From the NCBI GenBank assembly GCA_021820465.1, contig JAKADP010000002.1, positions 39,301 through 103,300 of the forward strand: a stretch of DNA of 64,000 bases, written 5' to 3'. The notes beneath the pieces were generated by a model. It saw only the letters and a list, made by a program, of their open reading frames with translations, had not been told where the DNA came from and did not search any database. A program made the translations under genes and the position numbers. The DNA is from Bacillota bacterium (lineage in GTDB: Bacteria > Bacillota > Sulfobacillia > Sulfobacillales > JAIMBI01). Shown here one piece after another: positions 1-8,822 of the stretch (positions within the stretch are counted from its first letter, which is position 1; every line of letters starts with the position of its first letter).

Positions 1-1
1 G

Positions 2-613
2 GCGGGCCTCGCCGAAGCGGACCCCGAGGCGGACGTGTCCGGGCGGGATACCCAGCGGAAGCTGGCGGTGCTGATGCAGCTGGCTTTCGGGGTGGCGGTG
101 CGTCCGGATGACATCCCCACGCGGGGGATTGGAGCGGTCCACCCGGATCAAGTCCAGGCGTGGGCGCGCCGCGGCTACCGCGTGAAGCTTTTGGCCCAGG
201 CGTGGCGTGGAGCCGATGGCGTGGCGGCAGTGGTGGGGCCGGCCGTCGTGCCCGCGGCGCACCCGCTGGGGCAGCTTTCGGGAGCAGAAAATGCCGTGCT
301 GCTGTCCGGCCCCGACACCGGTGAGGCGCTGTTGATGGGCATGGGCGCGGGCGGCGGCCCCACGGCGTCGGCCGTGCTGGCGGACATCGTGGCGGCCGCC
401 CGGGTGAGGCGCGGCCGCAGTGGGTTGTCTTGGTGCCGCCCGATCCAGGACAATGTGCCGTGGGTGGATCGCCCGCTCGGGGTGGTGTGGGCCGCCGAGA
501 GTCCTCCGCGCCGCGGGCGGGTGTCGCCGCGGGCGATGGACGGCTGGCGGCGGATTACTCCGCAGGCGGCAGAGCCGCTCTGGTGGTGGGATGGGGGCGC
601 CCTCTCCGGCTGA
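2..613 (+). CDS. hom: homoserine dehydrogenase, 3' part (5' end outside window)
   Basis: Frame open from window start: AGLAEADPEADVSGRDTQRKL; also GAENAV and GAGGGPTASAVLADI, hallmark Hom motifs. Confidence 0.9.
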   Translation, partial: AGLAEADPEADVSGRDTQRKLAVLMQLAFGVAVRPDDIPTRGIGAVHPDQVQAWARRGYRVKLLAQAWRGADGVAAVVGPAVVPAAHPLGQLSGAENAVLLSGPDTGEALLMGMGAGGGPTASAVLADIVAAARVRRGRSGLSWCRPIQDNVPWVDRPLGVVWAAESPPRRGRVSPRAMDGWRRITPQAAEPLWWWDGGALSG

Positions 614-643
614 ACGGGTGCCGCGGGATGGCCGAGGTGAGCG

Positions 644-1009
644 ATGGAGGACATCGGGGACACCGGGGACTGGGAGGCTTTTATGGACGCCATGCGGGCG
701 GGCCGCTACTTCGAGGCGCACGACCACCTCGAGCCGCGGTGGCGCGCGACAGCAAGCCCCAAGGTGCAGGCGGCCATCTGGCTGGCGGTGCTGCTGCTGC
801 ATCGGGCCCGCGGGAATGGCGTGGGTGTCGACCGCGTTCAACATAAGCTGGTCCGGCGACTGCGCGACGCCGCGGCGCCGGCGGCGCTGGCGGCCGCGGC
901 GGCCGCCAGCCCCGTGGATGCGGCCGAAGTGTGCCGGGCCCTCGCCCAAGCGGAGGCCTGGGTGCTGGCCGGCGGGCGCGGGGGCCCTCCATCGGGGGGC
1001 CACACGTGA
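644..1009 (+). CDS. DUF309 family protein
   Basis: GRYFEAHDHLEPRW matches the DUF309 FxAHExxE motif; GAGG RBS upstream. Confidence 0.75.
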   Translation: MEDIGDTGDWEAFMDAMRAGRYFEAHDHLEPRWRATASPKVQAAIWLAVLLLHRARGNGVGVDRVQHKLVRRLRDAAAPAALAAAAAASPVDAAEVCRALAQAEAWVLAGGRGGPPSGGHT

Positions 1010-1030
1010 CAGGAGAAGGAGGCCGACCGA

Positions 1031-1828
1031 GTGGTGGATGAGCCGGGACCGCGGGGGCTCCTGGTGGGTCGGCGCGCTCTGGTGATGGGCGTCGCCAACA
1101 AGCGGAGTCTCGCCTGGGGAATTGCCCAGGCCCTTGTGCGTGAAGGGGCCGAAGTGGCCCTGAGCTATCGGCGGGAACGCGTGCGCGAGCATCTGAGCCA
1201 GTGGGTCCGAGACTGGCCCACGCCGCCGTTGCTGGTGCCGTGCGATGTGATGGATGACGGCTCGGTCGCGGAGATGGGTGCCACCCTGGCCCGTGAGTGG
1301 GGCGGGGTGGACGCCGTGGTCCACAGCATTGCCCATGCCCAGCCGGGAGACTTGGCGGGGCGATTCGTGGACACAAGCCGCGCGGGCTGGCAGGTGGCCA
1401 CGGAGACGTCCGCGTATTCGCTGGCCCTAGTGGCGCGAGCCTGCCTGCCGCTGTGGGAGGCGCGGGGCGGGGGCAGCTTGACCGCCATGAGCTACATCGG
1501 GGCGGATCGGGTGGTGCCGAATTACAACGTCATGGGGGTCGCCAAAGCCGCCTTGGAGTCGGCCGTGCGCTATCTGGCCAGCGACCTGGGTCCCAGCCAG
1601 GTGCGGGTGAACGCGATTTCGGCCGGTCCGGTCAAGACGCTGGCCGCCACCGGTGTCCAGGGCTTTTCCGAGCTGCTGCATCAAATTGCGGAGCGCTCGC
1701 CGCTCCAAAGCGGCATTACCATCGAGGACGTGGGCAGCGCTGCCGTGTTTTTGGCCTCGGACTGGGCGCGCCGCATCACGGGGCAAGTGCTGTTTGTCGA
1801 CGCGGGGTACCATGTGACCGGCGTGTGA
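1031..1828 (+). CDS. fabI: enoyl-ACP reductase FabI
   Basis: GVANKRSLAWGIA, catalytic YNVMGVAK, ISAGPVKTLAA. Confidence 0.93.
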   Translation: MVDEPGPRGLLVGRRALVMGVANKRSLAWGIAQALVREGAEVALSYRRERVREHLSQWVRDWPTPPLLVPCDVMDDGSVAEMGATLAREWGGVDAVVHSIAHAQPGDLAGRFVDTSRAGWQVATETSAYSLALVARACLPLWEARGGGSLTAMSYIGADRVVPNYNVMGVAKAALESAVRYLASDLGPSQVRVNAISAGPVKTLAATGVQGFSELLHQIAERSPLQSGITIEDVGSAAVFLASDWARRITGQVLFVDAGYHVTGV

Positions 1829-1910
1829 TCGGTGCCCAATCCGCCCAGCGTCGGCATGGCGCCGTGATGCGGACCGGGGCGTAAGCAGGGTCGTTAGGAG
1901 GGGCGTCAGG

Positions 1911-2750
1911 ATGAAAATTGGGGTGTTGGGTGCGGGGACCATGGGCAGTGGCATTGCCCACACGATTGCGCGAGCGGGGGATGACGTGCTGCTGTATGAC
2001 ACGAACCCCACTCAGGTGGAGCGAGCGCTGGCAGGCATCCGGGCGCGGCTGGACCGGGCCATCGCACAGGAGCGCGAGACCCCCGAGCAGGCCGCCGCCA
2101 CGCTGGGCCGCCTCCACGCCGCGGACTTGGACGCCTTTGCCGATGCCGAGGTGGCCGTCGAAGCCGTGCTGGAAGTCATGGACGTGAAGCGCGCCGCGTT
2201 CGCCGACCTGGATCGGCGGCTGCGGCCCTCGGCCCTGCTGGCCACGAACACGTCCTCGCTGTCCATCACGGAGCTGGCGCAGGCCACGGGCCGGCCGGAC
2301 CGCGTCGTGGGACTGCACTTCTTCAATCCCGCGCCCGTGATGAAGCTGATCGAGGTGGTGCGCGGGCAGGACACCTCGGACGCCACCCTGGAGGAGGCGG
2401 TGGGGCTGGCCCGGCGCTGGGGCAAGGAGCCGGTGGTCGTCCAAAAGGACACCCCCGGGTTTATCGTCAACCGAGTCCTGATGCCGCTGTTCATCGAGGC
2501 GATGCGCATTCTGGAAGAGGGCATCGCATCGCCCGAAGACATCGATCGGGCGGTCAAGCTGGGGCTGAACCATCCCATGGGGCCGCTGGCCCTCGCCGAC
2601 CTCACCGGCTTGGACGTGGACTTAAATGTCATGGACTACTTGTTCTCGGAAACCCACGACGATCGGTTCGCCGCTCCGCTGGTGCTGCGGCGCCTGGTGC
2701 GGGCCCGGCGCCTGGGACGGAAGACCGGCCAGGGCTTCTACCAGTACTAA
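1911..2750 (+). CDS. hbd: 3-hydroxybutyryl/3-hydroxyacyl-CoA dehydrogenase
   Basis: GAGTMG, NTSSLSI, GLHFFNPAPVMKLIE, PGFIVNR, HPMGP; AGGAGG RBS. Confidence 0.9.
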   Translation: MKIGVLGAGTMGSGIAHTIARAGDDVLLYDTNPTQVERALAGIRARLDRAIAQERETPEQAAATLGRLHAADLDAFADAEVAVEAVLEVMDVKRAAFADLDRRLRPSALLATNTSSLSITELAQATGRPDRVVGLHFFNPAPVMKLIEVVRGQDTSDATLEEAVGLARRWGKEPVVVQKDTPGFIVNRVLMPLFIEAMRILEEGIASPEDIDRAVKLGLNHPMGPLALADLTGLDVDLNVMDYLFSETHDDRFAAPLVLRRLVRARRLGRKTGQGFYQY

Positions 2751-4582
2751 GGAGTTCCGGGCGGCGGCGCGACAGAGGCGGCGGTCTGGGGGTGAGGGCC
2801 CAGCCCCCGCTCCCGCCGCTCTTCGTCGGCGGCGGCCGCGGCCCAGGCACCCAGAAAATTGTCTGGGGTCATGAGGCCCGCCAGCGTCCCGTCACTGTGG
2901 ACGACCGCGAGGACCGAACTCATGGTGCGCCCCATGGCGACGGCGGCCTCCCGGGCGCGCCGGTCCCGTCCCAGGGACGGCACCGGGCGCGCGTATCGGG
3001 CCACCGGCTGGCTGGCCGCCTCTGGGTCCTGCAAAAGATCGCGCAGCGCCGCGGCCGTGGTGGAGCCTATGGGCCGTCCCGCCGGGTCCAGCACCACCCC
3101 AAGGGCCGTGGCGTCCCCCAGGTGGGCTGCCGCCTGCCGGACCGTCCAGCCTTGGGGGACGGTAGGCACCCGTTCGCGCGGCGTCATGAGCCGCGCCACC
3201 GGCACCCCTTCCAAGATATCGACGGCGTATTCGCGGGCTACATGGGTGCCGCGCCGCGCCACCTTCTCCGTGAGGATGGAGCGCCGCACCCAGAGCACAG
3301 TGACCAGCATGCCCACCACGGTGGCCAAGAACACGGGCACGACGGCAGTCCAATCGTGCGTCGTTTCCATGGCAAAGATCGTGGCGGTAAACGGGGCGCG
3401 CATGGTGGCGCCCAAGAGGGCCGCCATCCCGACGGTCGCCCACAGGGCCGGCTGGTGACCCGGGAGGACGGGGGACAGCGCGGCGCCCAGCGCACCGCCC
3501 ATCAGCAGCAGGGGAGCCAGCACGCCCCCCGACGTGCCCGAGGACAGGGCCAGCACCCAGATGATAAACTTGACCACCAGCAGCGAGAGGGCAAACGTCA
3601 CCAGCACGGTGCCGGCGTCCAGGGCGCGAATGGTTGGATATCCCACACCCAGAGCCTGGGGCACGACCAGCCCACCCAGTCCCACCGCCAGTCCGCCCAG
3701 CGCGGGCCACCACACCCAGTGAATCGGCAGGCGGCGATACCAATCCTCCACGAGATAGACGGACTTGGTGATGGCGCCCGACGCCACCCCGGCCAGGCCG
3801 CCCAAGAGCGCGGCCGCGACCAGCCACAGCAGGTGGGGCGGCGGCGAGAGGGGGCTCTGGAAGATGGGAGTGCTGCCAATCAAAAGGACCCGCACCGCGT
3901 AGGCAGCCACGCTGGCCACGGTCACGGGAATCAAGCTGCGCGGCTTCCACTCGAACAGCAGCAGCTCGACAGCCAGCAGCACCGAGGAGATGGGGGCGCC
4001 GAAGGTGGCGGACATGCCGCCCGCCGCGCCAGCCACCAGCAGCGTCCGGCGCTCCGCAGCCGTGATGTTCAGGTACTGACCAATCAGGGAGGCCACCGCG
4101 CCCCCCGTCATGATGATGGGCCCCTCGGCACCAAAGGGCCCGCCGGTCCCGATCGTGATGGCGGACGCGATCGGCTTCACCAAAGCCACACGCGGCTCCA
4201 TCCGACTCTTGTTCTCCAAAATGCTCTGGATGGCCTCGGGGATGCCGTGGCCCCGGATTTTCTCGGTGCCGTACTTTGCCAAGAGGCCGACAGCCAAGCC
4301 GCCGGCGACGGGGATGGCCACCATGACCCACCCGTGGCCGGCGGGCGCCACCAGTGCCGTCGACCAGCGGCCGAAGTAGGCGAGATTCGTGATGAGGCCA
4401 ATGAGCCGCAGCAGAACAAAGGCGATCACGCCTGACAAGCCGCCAATCGCCAGCGCCAGGGCAGCCAGGTACGCCAGGCGTCGGGGATCGGCCGTAAAAT
4501 CGCCCAGCGGGCGCAGGCCGCCAGACCGATAATCGGTGGGCGCCTCGCTAGGGCCCTGCGAGCCGGGTGGGCCGTTGTGCAT
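2747..4582 (-). CDS. CLC-family anion channel/transporter with C-terminal CBS pair
   Basis: GHGIPEA, GPFGAEGP, SGTSGGVLAP, MRAPFTA motifs; hydrophobic core followed by CBS-like domain. Confidence 0.9.
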   Translation of the reverse strand: MHNGPPGSQGPSEAPTDYRSGGLRPLGDFTADPRRLAYLAALALAIGGLSGVIAFVLLRLIGLITNLAYFGRWSTALVAPAGHGWVMVAIPVAGGLAVGLLAKYGTEKIRGHGIPEAIQSILENKSRMEPRVALVKPIASAITIGTGGPFGAEGPIIMTGGAVASLIGQYLNITAAERRTLLVAGAAGGMSATFGAPISSVLLAVELLLFEWKPRSLIPVTVASVAAYAVRVLLIGSTPIFQSPLSPPPHLLWLVAAALLGGLAGVASGAITKSVYLVEDWYRRLPIHWVWWPALGGLAVGLGGLVVPQALGVGYPTIRALDAGTVLVTFALSLLVVKFIIWVLALSSGTSGGVLAPLLLMGGALGAALSPVLPGHQPALWATVGMAALLGATMRAPFTATIFAMETTHDWTAVVPVFLATVVGMLVTVLWVRRSILTEKVARRGTHVAREYAVDILEGVPVARLMTPRERVPTVPQGWTVRQAAAHLGDATALGVVLDPAGRPIGSTTAAALRDLLQDPEAASQPVARYARPVPSLGRDRRAREAAVAMGRTMSSVLAVVHSDGTLAGLMTPDNFLGAWAAAAADEERRERGLGPHPQTAASVAPPPGTP

Positions 4583-4608
4583 CCGTGACCTCTTTCCTTG
4601 GCGGCCTT

Positions 4609-4631
4609 ATTATGTCGCGGTACGATATGTG
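4609..4631 (-). promoter_or_regulatory. putative MarR operator overlapping CATAAT -10 of the CLC gene
   Basis: attATGTCG-cggta-CGATATgtg; near-identical to 5099-5121. Confidence 0.65.
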
Positions 4632-4660
4632 AGCGGATGAGAAAGTTAGGAGCAGCCCGG

Positions 4661-5077
4661 TCAGTGCAGTCGCTGCAACGCGGCCAGCGTGGGCCAGAGG
4701 CGCCGCAGCTCGTCCACATGGGACCGGGTCAGCGCCTCCAGGCGCGCCTCGCCGTCGGCGGTGAGCGCCACCTCAATGTAGCGGTGGTCGTCAGCATGGG
4801 CGCGACGCTCGACGATGCCCGCCCGGCATGACCGATCCACGATTCCCACGACGCTGTGATGGCGCAGGGCCAGCGCCTGGCTCAGCTCCGATATCGTGGC
4901 CCACTCGCGGCCGGGATACCCTTTGATGGCCAGCAGCAGCTGGTGCTGCTGCGGCGTCAGACCCACCTGGGCGGCCGCCTGCTCGCTGAAGCGCAGGAAG
5001 GCCCGCAGCTCCCGCCGAAACGCGGCCAGCACCTCGTACTGCTCTTTGGTGACGGCCGCCGATGTATCGCTGGGCAC
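4661..5077 (-). CDS. MarR-family transcriptional regulator
   Basis: GLTPQQHQLLLAI...LRHHSVVGIVDR...DDHRYIEVALTADG; GTG start at 5077 after a purine-rich RBS; the longer track ORF runs into tRNA-Val. Confidence 0.85.
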   Translation of the reverse strand: MPSDTSAAVTKEQYEVLAAFRRELRAFLRFSEQAAAQVGLTPQQHQLLLAIKGYPGREWATISELSQALALRHHSVVGIVDRSCRAGIVERRAHADDHRYIEVALTADGEARLEALTRSHVDELRRLWPTLAALQRLH

Positions 5078-5098
5078 TCCGCTTCCCCCTCGCACGAC

Positions 5099-5128
5099 AT
5101 TATATCGTAGAGCGATATGTGCGCGCAA
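5099..5128 (-). promoter_or_regulatory. sigma-A promoter of marR with palindromic operator
   Basis: TTGCGC(5128-5123)-18 nt-TATAAT(5104-5099); perfect ATATCG-N5-CGATAT at 5102-5118. Confidence 0.7.
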
Positions 5129-5153
5129 AAAGGCCGTCGCCTTCAACAAAAAA

Positions 5154-5230
5154 TGGTGGGCGGTAGAGGACTCGAACCTCTGAACCTCTCGCATGTCAAG
5201 CGAGCGCTCTACCAGCTGAGCTAACCGCCC
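5154..5230 (-). tRNA. tRNA-Val(GAC)
   Basis: GGGCGGTTAGCTCAGCTGGTAGAGC-CTCGC TT GAC AT GCGAG-GGTTCGAGTCC-ACCGCCCACCA. Confidence 0.96.
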
Positions 5231-5263
5231 GTGTGCGGGACTGGTGCTGTCCGCAGGCCACGA

Positions 5264-5338
<75 letters not shown>

Positions 5339-5350
5339 GACAACAAAAAT

Positions 5351-5425
5351 TGGAGCGGAAGACGGGATTTGAACCCGCGACCCTCGCCTTGGCAAGGCGA
5401 TGCTCTACCACTGAGCTACTTCCGC
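5351..5425 (-). tRNA. tRNA-Gly(GCC)
   Basis: GCGGAAGTAGCTCAGTGGTAGAGC-CGCC TT GCC AA GGCG-GGTTCAAATCC-CTTCCGCTCCA. Confidence 0.96.
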
Positions 5426-5436
5426 GACCGGGCGGA

Positions 5437-5465
5437 AGCATAACAGGTTCGCCGCGGCACGTCAA
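5437..5465 (-). promoter_or_regulatory. sigma-A promoter of the tRNA operon
   Basis: TTGACG-17 nt-TATGCT with extended TGn, just upstream of tRNA-Gly. Confidence 0.7.
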
Positions 5466-5658
5466 GTGTGGCAAGCGCTCTGTCAAACTTGTGGGCTCGA
5501 GACGGCGGCCGCCAAGCGCCTGTCCCCGAGAGGCCAGCCACGGGACGCCGTGCCATTCCACCAGAGCTGCCGACGACCTTTGGAGCGGCATGACGGGCGC
5601 GGGCCGGAGCCGCGGCGAGGGCCGCGCATACCTCGTGGCGGCGCCGCAACACTAAGTC

Positions 5659-6195
5659 ATGGGGAGACTGGGAGGTGGACACACGGACGACGCAAGCTGG
5701 CTGGTGGCCACGGATGCCGACACGGACGGCGCACTGGGCATGCGGCTCGCCCAGGCGGTGCCGGGCGAGTGGTATGAGCGGCGACTGGGTCGCTGGCCTG
5801 CCTATGCGAAGCGCCGCGACACCGGTGCGGTGGAGGCCGCCCAGATCGCCCGAGCCCTGGCTCTGTATCTCTGCCGCGATTACTGGCCGCGCGTGCTGAC
5901 CCAGGCGGCCGCCGCCCTGGCGTGCCCCCCCTCCGAGGACTGCCGCGACCGCTCGATGGGGCTGGCGGGCAGCCCCAGGCTGACGGAGGCCATCTACACC
6001 TATGTGATGCGCCACTCGCGCATCGTCATTCCGGGGCTTGTCCATGTCTGGCTGCCCGCCGCCCCCGGCGCCATTTGCGAGCGCCAGCTGTGGGCCGAGT
6101 GGTGCGAGGGTCCAGCCACCAGCGCGGCGGTGGAGCGCGAAGAGGCGTGGCAGCGCGCGCTGCTGGTGGCCCTCCGCGATCGCCGCCGCCGCTGA
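5659..6195 (+). CDS. short, divergent YtxC-like (sporulation-associated) protein
   Basis: GGAGG RBS; RLTEAIYTYVMRHSRIVIPGLVHVWL resembles the YtxC I..YL....I.I.GFV.FRL core; occupies the usual ytxC position before thrS. Confidence 0.45.
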   Translation: MGRLGGGHTDDASWLVATDADTDGALGMRLAQAVPGEWYERRLGRWPAYAKRRDTGAVEAAQIARALALYLCRDYWPRVLTQAAAALACPPSEDCRDRSMGLAGSPRLTEAIYTYVMRHSRIVIPGLVHVWLPAAPGAICERQLWAEWCEGPATSAAVEREEAWQRALLVALRDRRRR

Positions 6196-6281
6196 GGCGA
6201 CCGAAGCCTCGGGCGGCGCCGCGTCCTGCCGGCCCGCCCCCGCCGCAGGATTCACCGTCCTTAGGAGAGTCATGACCCCGG

Positions 6282-6310
6282 TTGCCAATCAGGGCGGGCC
6301 CTGGTAGCAT
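6282..6310 (+). promoter_or_regulatory. sigma-A promoter of thrS leader
   Basis: TTGCCA-17 nt-TAGCAT with extended TG. Confidence 0.65.
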
Positions 6311-6317
6311 GAGTCAT

Positions 6318-6540
6318 CCGACGATGAGCAGGATGCGCGACGGACGAGCAATCGCCAGCGAGGTGGGCCAAGGCTGGAAGCCTGCCGGTTGTGACCGCCG
6401 CCAACCCCCTGGGAGTTGCTGTCGAGGCCGAGCGATGCGGATAAGGCAGCCGGTGCGAGCCGTTAGCGTCGATGCGAGTGGGGCAACCCAAGCAAGGTGG
6501 AACCGCGGGCGCCGCCCGCCCTTGTGGGCGGGCTTTTTTG
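6318..6540 (+). ncRNA. T-box riboswitch (Thr)
   Basis: GA motif GATGA, AGCGA box, ACC specifier at 6404-6406, T-box AAGGTGGAACCGCG 6494-6507, terminator GCCCGCCC-ttgt-GGGCGGGC-T6. Confidence 0.9.
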
Positions 6541-6599
6541 TGTTCGCGGGGGCGTGGCGCATAGGAGAAGACGGGAGAGACCGCAAGGAGGAACCGAAC

Positions 6600-8528
6600 G
6601 TGGCAGAAGCCGTCAAAGTGCTGGTCCAAGACGAGGCCAGCCGTGAGGAAGTGCTGGTGGAGTCCACGGCCCCACTCGCCAGCGTGGTGCCCAGCCAAGA
6701 TGCGTCGGTGCTGGCCGCCAAGGTGGGGAGCCAAGTGGTGGATTTGACGCGGCCGGTGGGGGAGGCGCGGGAAGTGCGCCTGCTGCGCTTTGCCGACGAC
6801 GAGGGGCGCCGAGTGTTTCGGCATTCCAGCGCCCACCTGCTGGCGCAGGCCGTGAAGCGGCTGTGGCCCCAGGCCCAGCTGGGGACGGGTCCGGCGTTGG
6901 AGGACGGATACTACTACGACCTGCGCCTGCCCGAGCCGCTGGCGGAGGCGGACCTAGGCCGCCTGGAGGCGACCATGCGCGAAATTGTGGCCGAGGCGCT
7001 GCCCATCCAGCGAGAAGAGCTGTCGCGCGACGCGGCGCTGCGTCTGTTTCGCGATCGGGGTGAAGTTTTCAAGCAGCAAATCGTGGAGCGCATCCCCGAA
7101 GGCACCCCGATCTCGGTCTATCGGCAGGGGGAATTCGTGGACCTGTGCGCCGGCCCCCACGTGCCCAACACGGGCGTGCTGCAGGCCATCAAGCTCACCA
7201 GCGTGTCCGGGGCGTACTGGCGCGGCGATGAGCACGAGCCCATGATGACTCGGGTGTACGGCACGTCCTTCCCGTCGGCGGCGCAGCTGGAGGAACATCT
7301 CGCGCGGCTCGAGGAGGCTAAGCGCCGGGACCACCGCCAGTTGGGCCCGCAGCTGGGGCTGTTTCAGTTTCGCGACGAGAGCCCGGGCTTCGTATTTTGG
7401 CTGCCCAAGGGCCTGAGGCTGTTTCGGCGGATCGAAGAGGTGTCGCGGCGGCTGCAGGAGGCGCTGGGCTACGAAGAAGTCAGCACGCCCTGGATCTACA
7501 AGGACGCCCTGTGGAAGCGGTCAGGGCACTGGGACCACTACCAGGACAACATGTTTCTCATCGAGCGCGGCGACGAGCACCTGGGCGTCAAGCCCATGAA
7601 CTGTCCAGGACACGCGGTGCTGTTTGGGTCCACCGTGCGCTCGTACCGCGAGTTGCCCGTGAAGTGGGCGGAGTACGGGCCGCTCTCCCGCTTTGAGCGC
7701 AGTGGCACCCTGCACGGACTGCTGCGCGTGCGGGGATTTCACCAGGATGATGCGCACCTGTTCGTGCGGCCGCAGCAGATTCAGGAGCAGATCAGCGAAG
7801 TGTTGGATCTGGTGGATCGGGTGTACGCCCTCTTCGGCATGACCGTCGAAGTGGTCTTCTCCACGCGGCCGGACGACTACTTGGGCGATCTGGAAACGTG
7901 GGAAGACGCCGAGAGCCAACTTCGCGCCGCACTGGCGGCGTGGGGGCGGCCCTATCGCCTAAACCCCGGCGATGGAGCGTTCTACGGGCCCAAATTAGAC
8001 TTCAACGCCATTGACTCCCTGGGGCGGCGCTGGCAGACCTCAACCGTCCAGCTGGACTACCAGATGCCCCAGCAGCTCGACATCTCTTACGTCGAGCAAG
8101 ATGGCAGCCGCCAGCGGCCGGTGATGATCCACCGCGCCGTGTTGGGATCCGTCGAGCGGTTCATCGGGATCCTGACGGAGCACTATGCGGGTGACTTTCC
8201 CCTTTGGCTGGCCCCGGTGCAGGTGCGCGTGGTGCCCGTCACCGATGACGAGGCGGCGCGTGGGCGGGAGCTGGTCGCAGACCTGCGCGCTGCGGGACTG
8301 CGTGCCGAGGTGGATGACCGCTCGGAGAAGCTGGGCAAGAAAATTCGGGAGGGGCAGCTGGACAAGGTACCTGTGCTGCTTGTGATAGGGGCACGCGAGC
8401 GGGAGGCGGGCACCGTGTCCGTGAGAAGCCGGGCTGGTGACAGCGGGGTTTACGATTGGCCTACCTACCTGGACCAGCTGGTGGCGAGTGCTGCCATCCC
8501 GAGCAGCCCCAGCGCGCAGCTGGGGTAG
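6600..8528 (+). CDS. thrS: threonyl-tRNA synthetase
   Basis: RHSSAHLLAQAV, DLCAGPHV, KPMNCPGH, FYGPKLD, MIHRAVLGS; AAGGAGG RBS with GTG start at 6600. Confidence 0.97.
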   Translation: MAEAVKVLVQDEASREEVLVESTAPLASVVPSQDASVLAAKVGSQVVDLTRPVGEAREVRLLRFADDEGRRVFRHSSAHLLAQAVKRLWPQAQLGTGPALEDGYYYDLRLPEPLAEADLGRLEATMREIVAEALPIQREELSRDAALRLFRDRGEVFKQQIVERIPEGTPISVYRQGEFVDLCAGPHVPNTGVLQAIKLTSVSGAYWRGDEHEPMMTRVYGTSFPSAAQLEEHLARLEEAKRRDHRQLGPQLGLFQFRDESPGFVFWLPKGLRLFRRIEEVSRRLQEALGYEEVSTPWIYKDALWKRSGHWDHYQDNMFLIERGDEHLGVKPMNCPGHAVLFGSTVRSYRELPVKWAEYGPLSRFERSGTLHGLLRVRGFHQDDAHLFVRPQQIQEQISEVLDLVDRVYALFGMTVEVVFSTRPDDYLGDLETWEDAESQLRAALAAWGRPYRLNPGDGAFYGPKLDFNAIDSLGRRWQTSTVQLDYQMPQQLDISYVEQDGSRQRPVMIHRAVLGSVERFIGILTEHYAGDFPLWLAPVQVRVVPVTDDEAARGRELVADLRAAGLRAEVDDRSEKLGKKIREGQLDKVPVLLVIGAREREAGTVSVRSRAGDSGVYDWPTYLDQLVASAAIPSSPSAQLG

Positions 8529-8540
8529 GGCAGAAGGCCG

Positions 8541-8605
8541 AGCGACGGGGCTGGGATTCAGCCCCGTCGCTGGCGCCCCCGGGGCTAGGCGCCGACCCGG
8601 GGGGC
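8541..8605 (+). terminator. two tandem GC-rich hairpins after thrS
   Basis: AGCGACGGGGCTG-ggatt-CAGCCCCGTCGCT (13 bp), then CGCCCCCGGG...CCCGGGGGCG; no U-tract. Confidence 0.5.
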
Positions 8606-8677
8606 GGCCGGCTTGTCGGAGTGAGCGCCGCTTGGCCGTTGCGCCCGCGTGGCGCGTATGATATCCTCACGGCGTGA

Positions 8678-8785
8678 TAGTGAAGCAGAAGTTCGCTTCT
8701 CACCTGACGACACAGTTGTTCAGGTTATCCTGCGGAGCGCCGAGGCGTTTCGGTTGGGGCGGGGAAGTGACCCGTCCTGTTTTTG
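8678..8785 (+). ncRNA. ribosomal protein L20 leader
   Basis: AAGCAGAAG..GCTTCTCACCTGACGACAC upstream of infC-rpmI-rplT, ending in GGGGCGGG...CCCGTCCT-GTTTTT; promoter TTGCGC-17-TATCCT at 8639-8667. Confidence 0.8.
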
Positions 8786-8822
8786 TCTGGGTGGCCAGCT
8801 ATTCATCCGGGGAGGGATCGCC

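Noticed and set aside
2792-4435. 547-aa plus-strand ORF
   Set aside because: Antisense shadow of the CLC gene; stop-poor because of high GC; no motifs
2747-5230. marR-CLC pair at the 3' end of tRNA-Val as an integrated islet
   Set aside because: No integrase, and I could not find a duplicated tRNA 3' end (att repeat) near the other boundary
5481-5486. Perfect TTGACA on the minus strand upstream of the tRNAs
   Set aside because: No acceptable -10 at 16-18 nt spacing
6282-6599. N-terminal extensions of thrS (and likewise infC, pheS, marR, ruvB, GGDEF) in the ORF track
   Set aside because: They run through T-box or L20 leaders, tRNAs or upstream genes; better RBS-linked starts lie downstream
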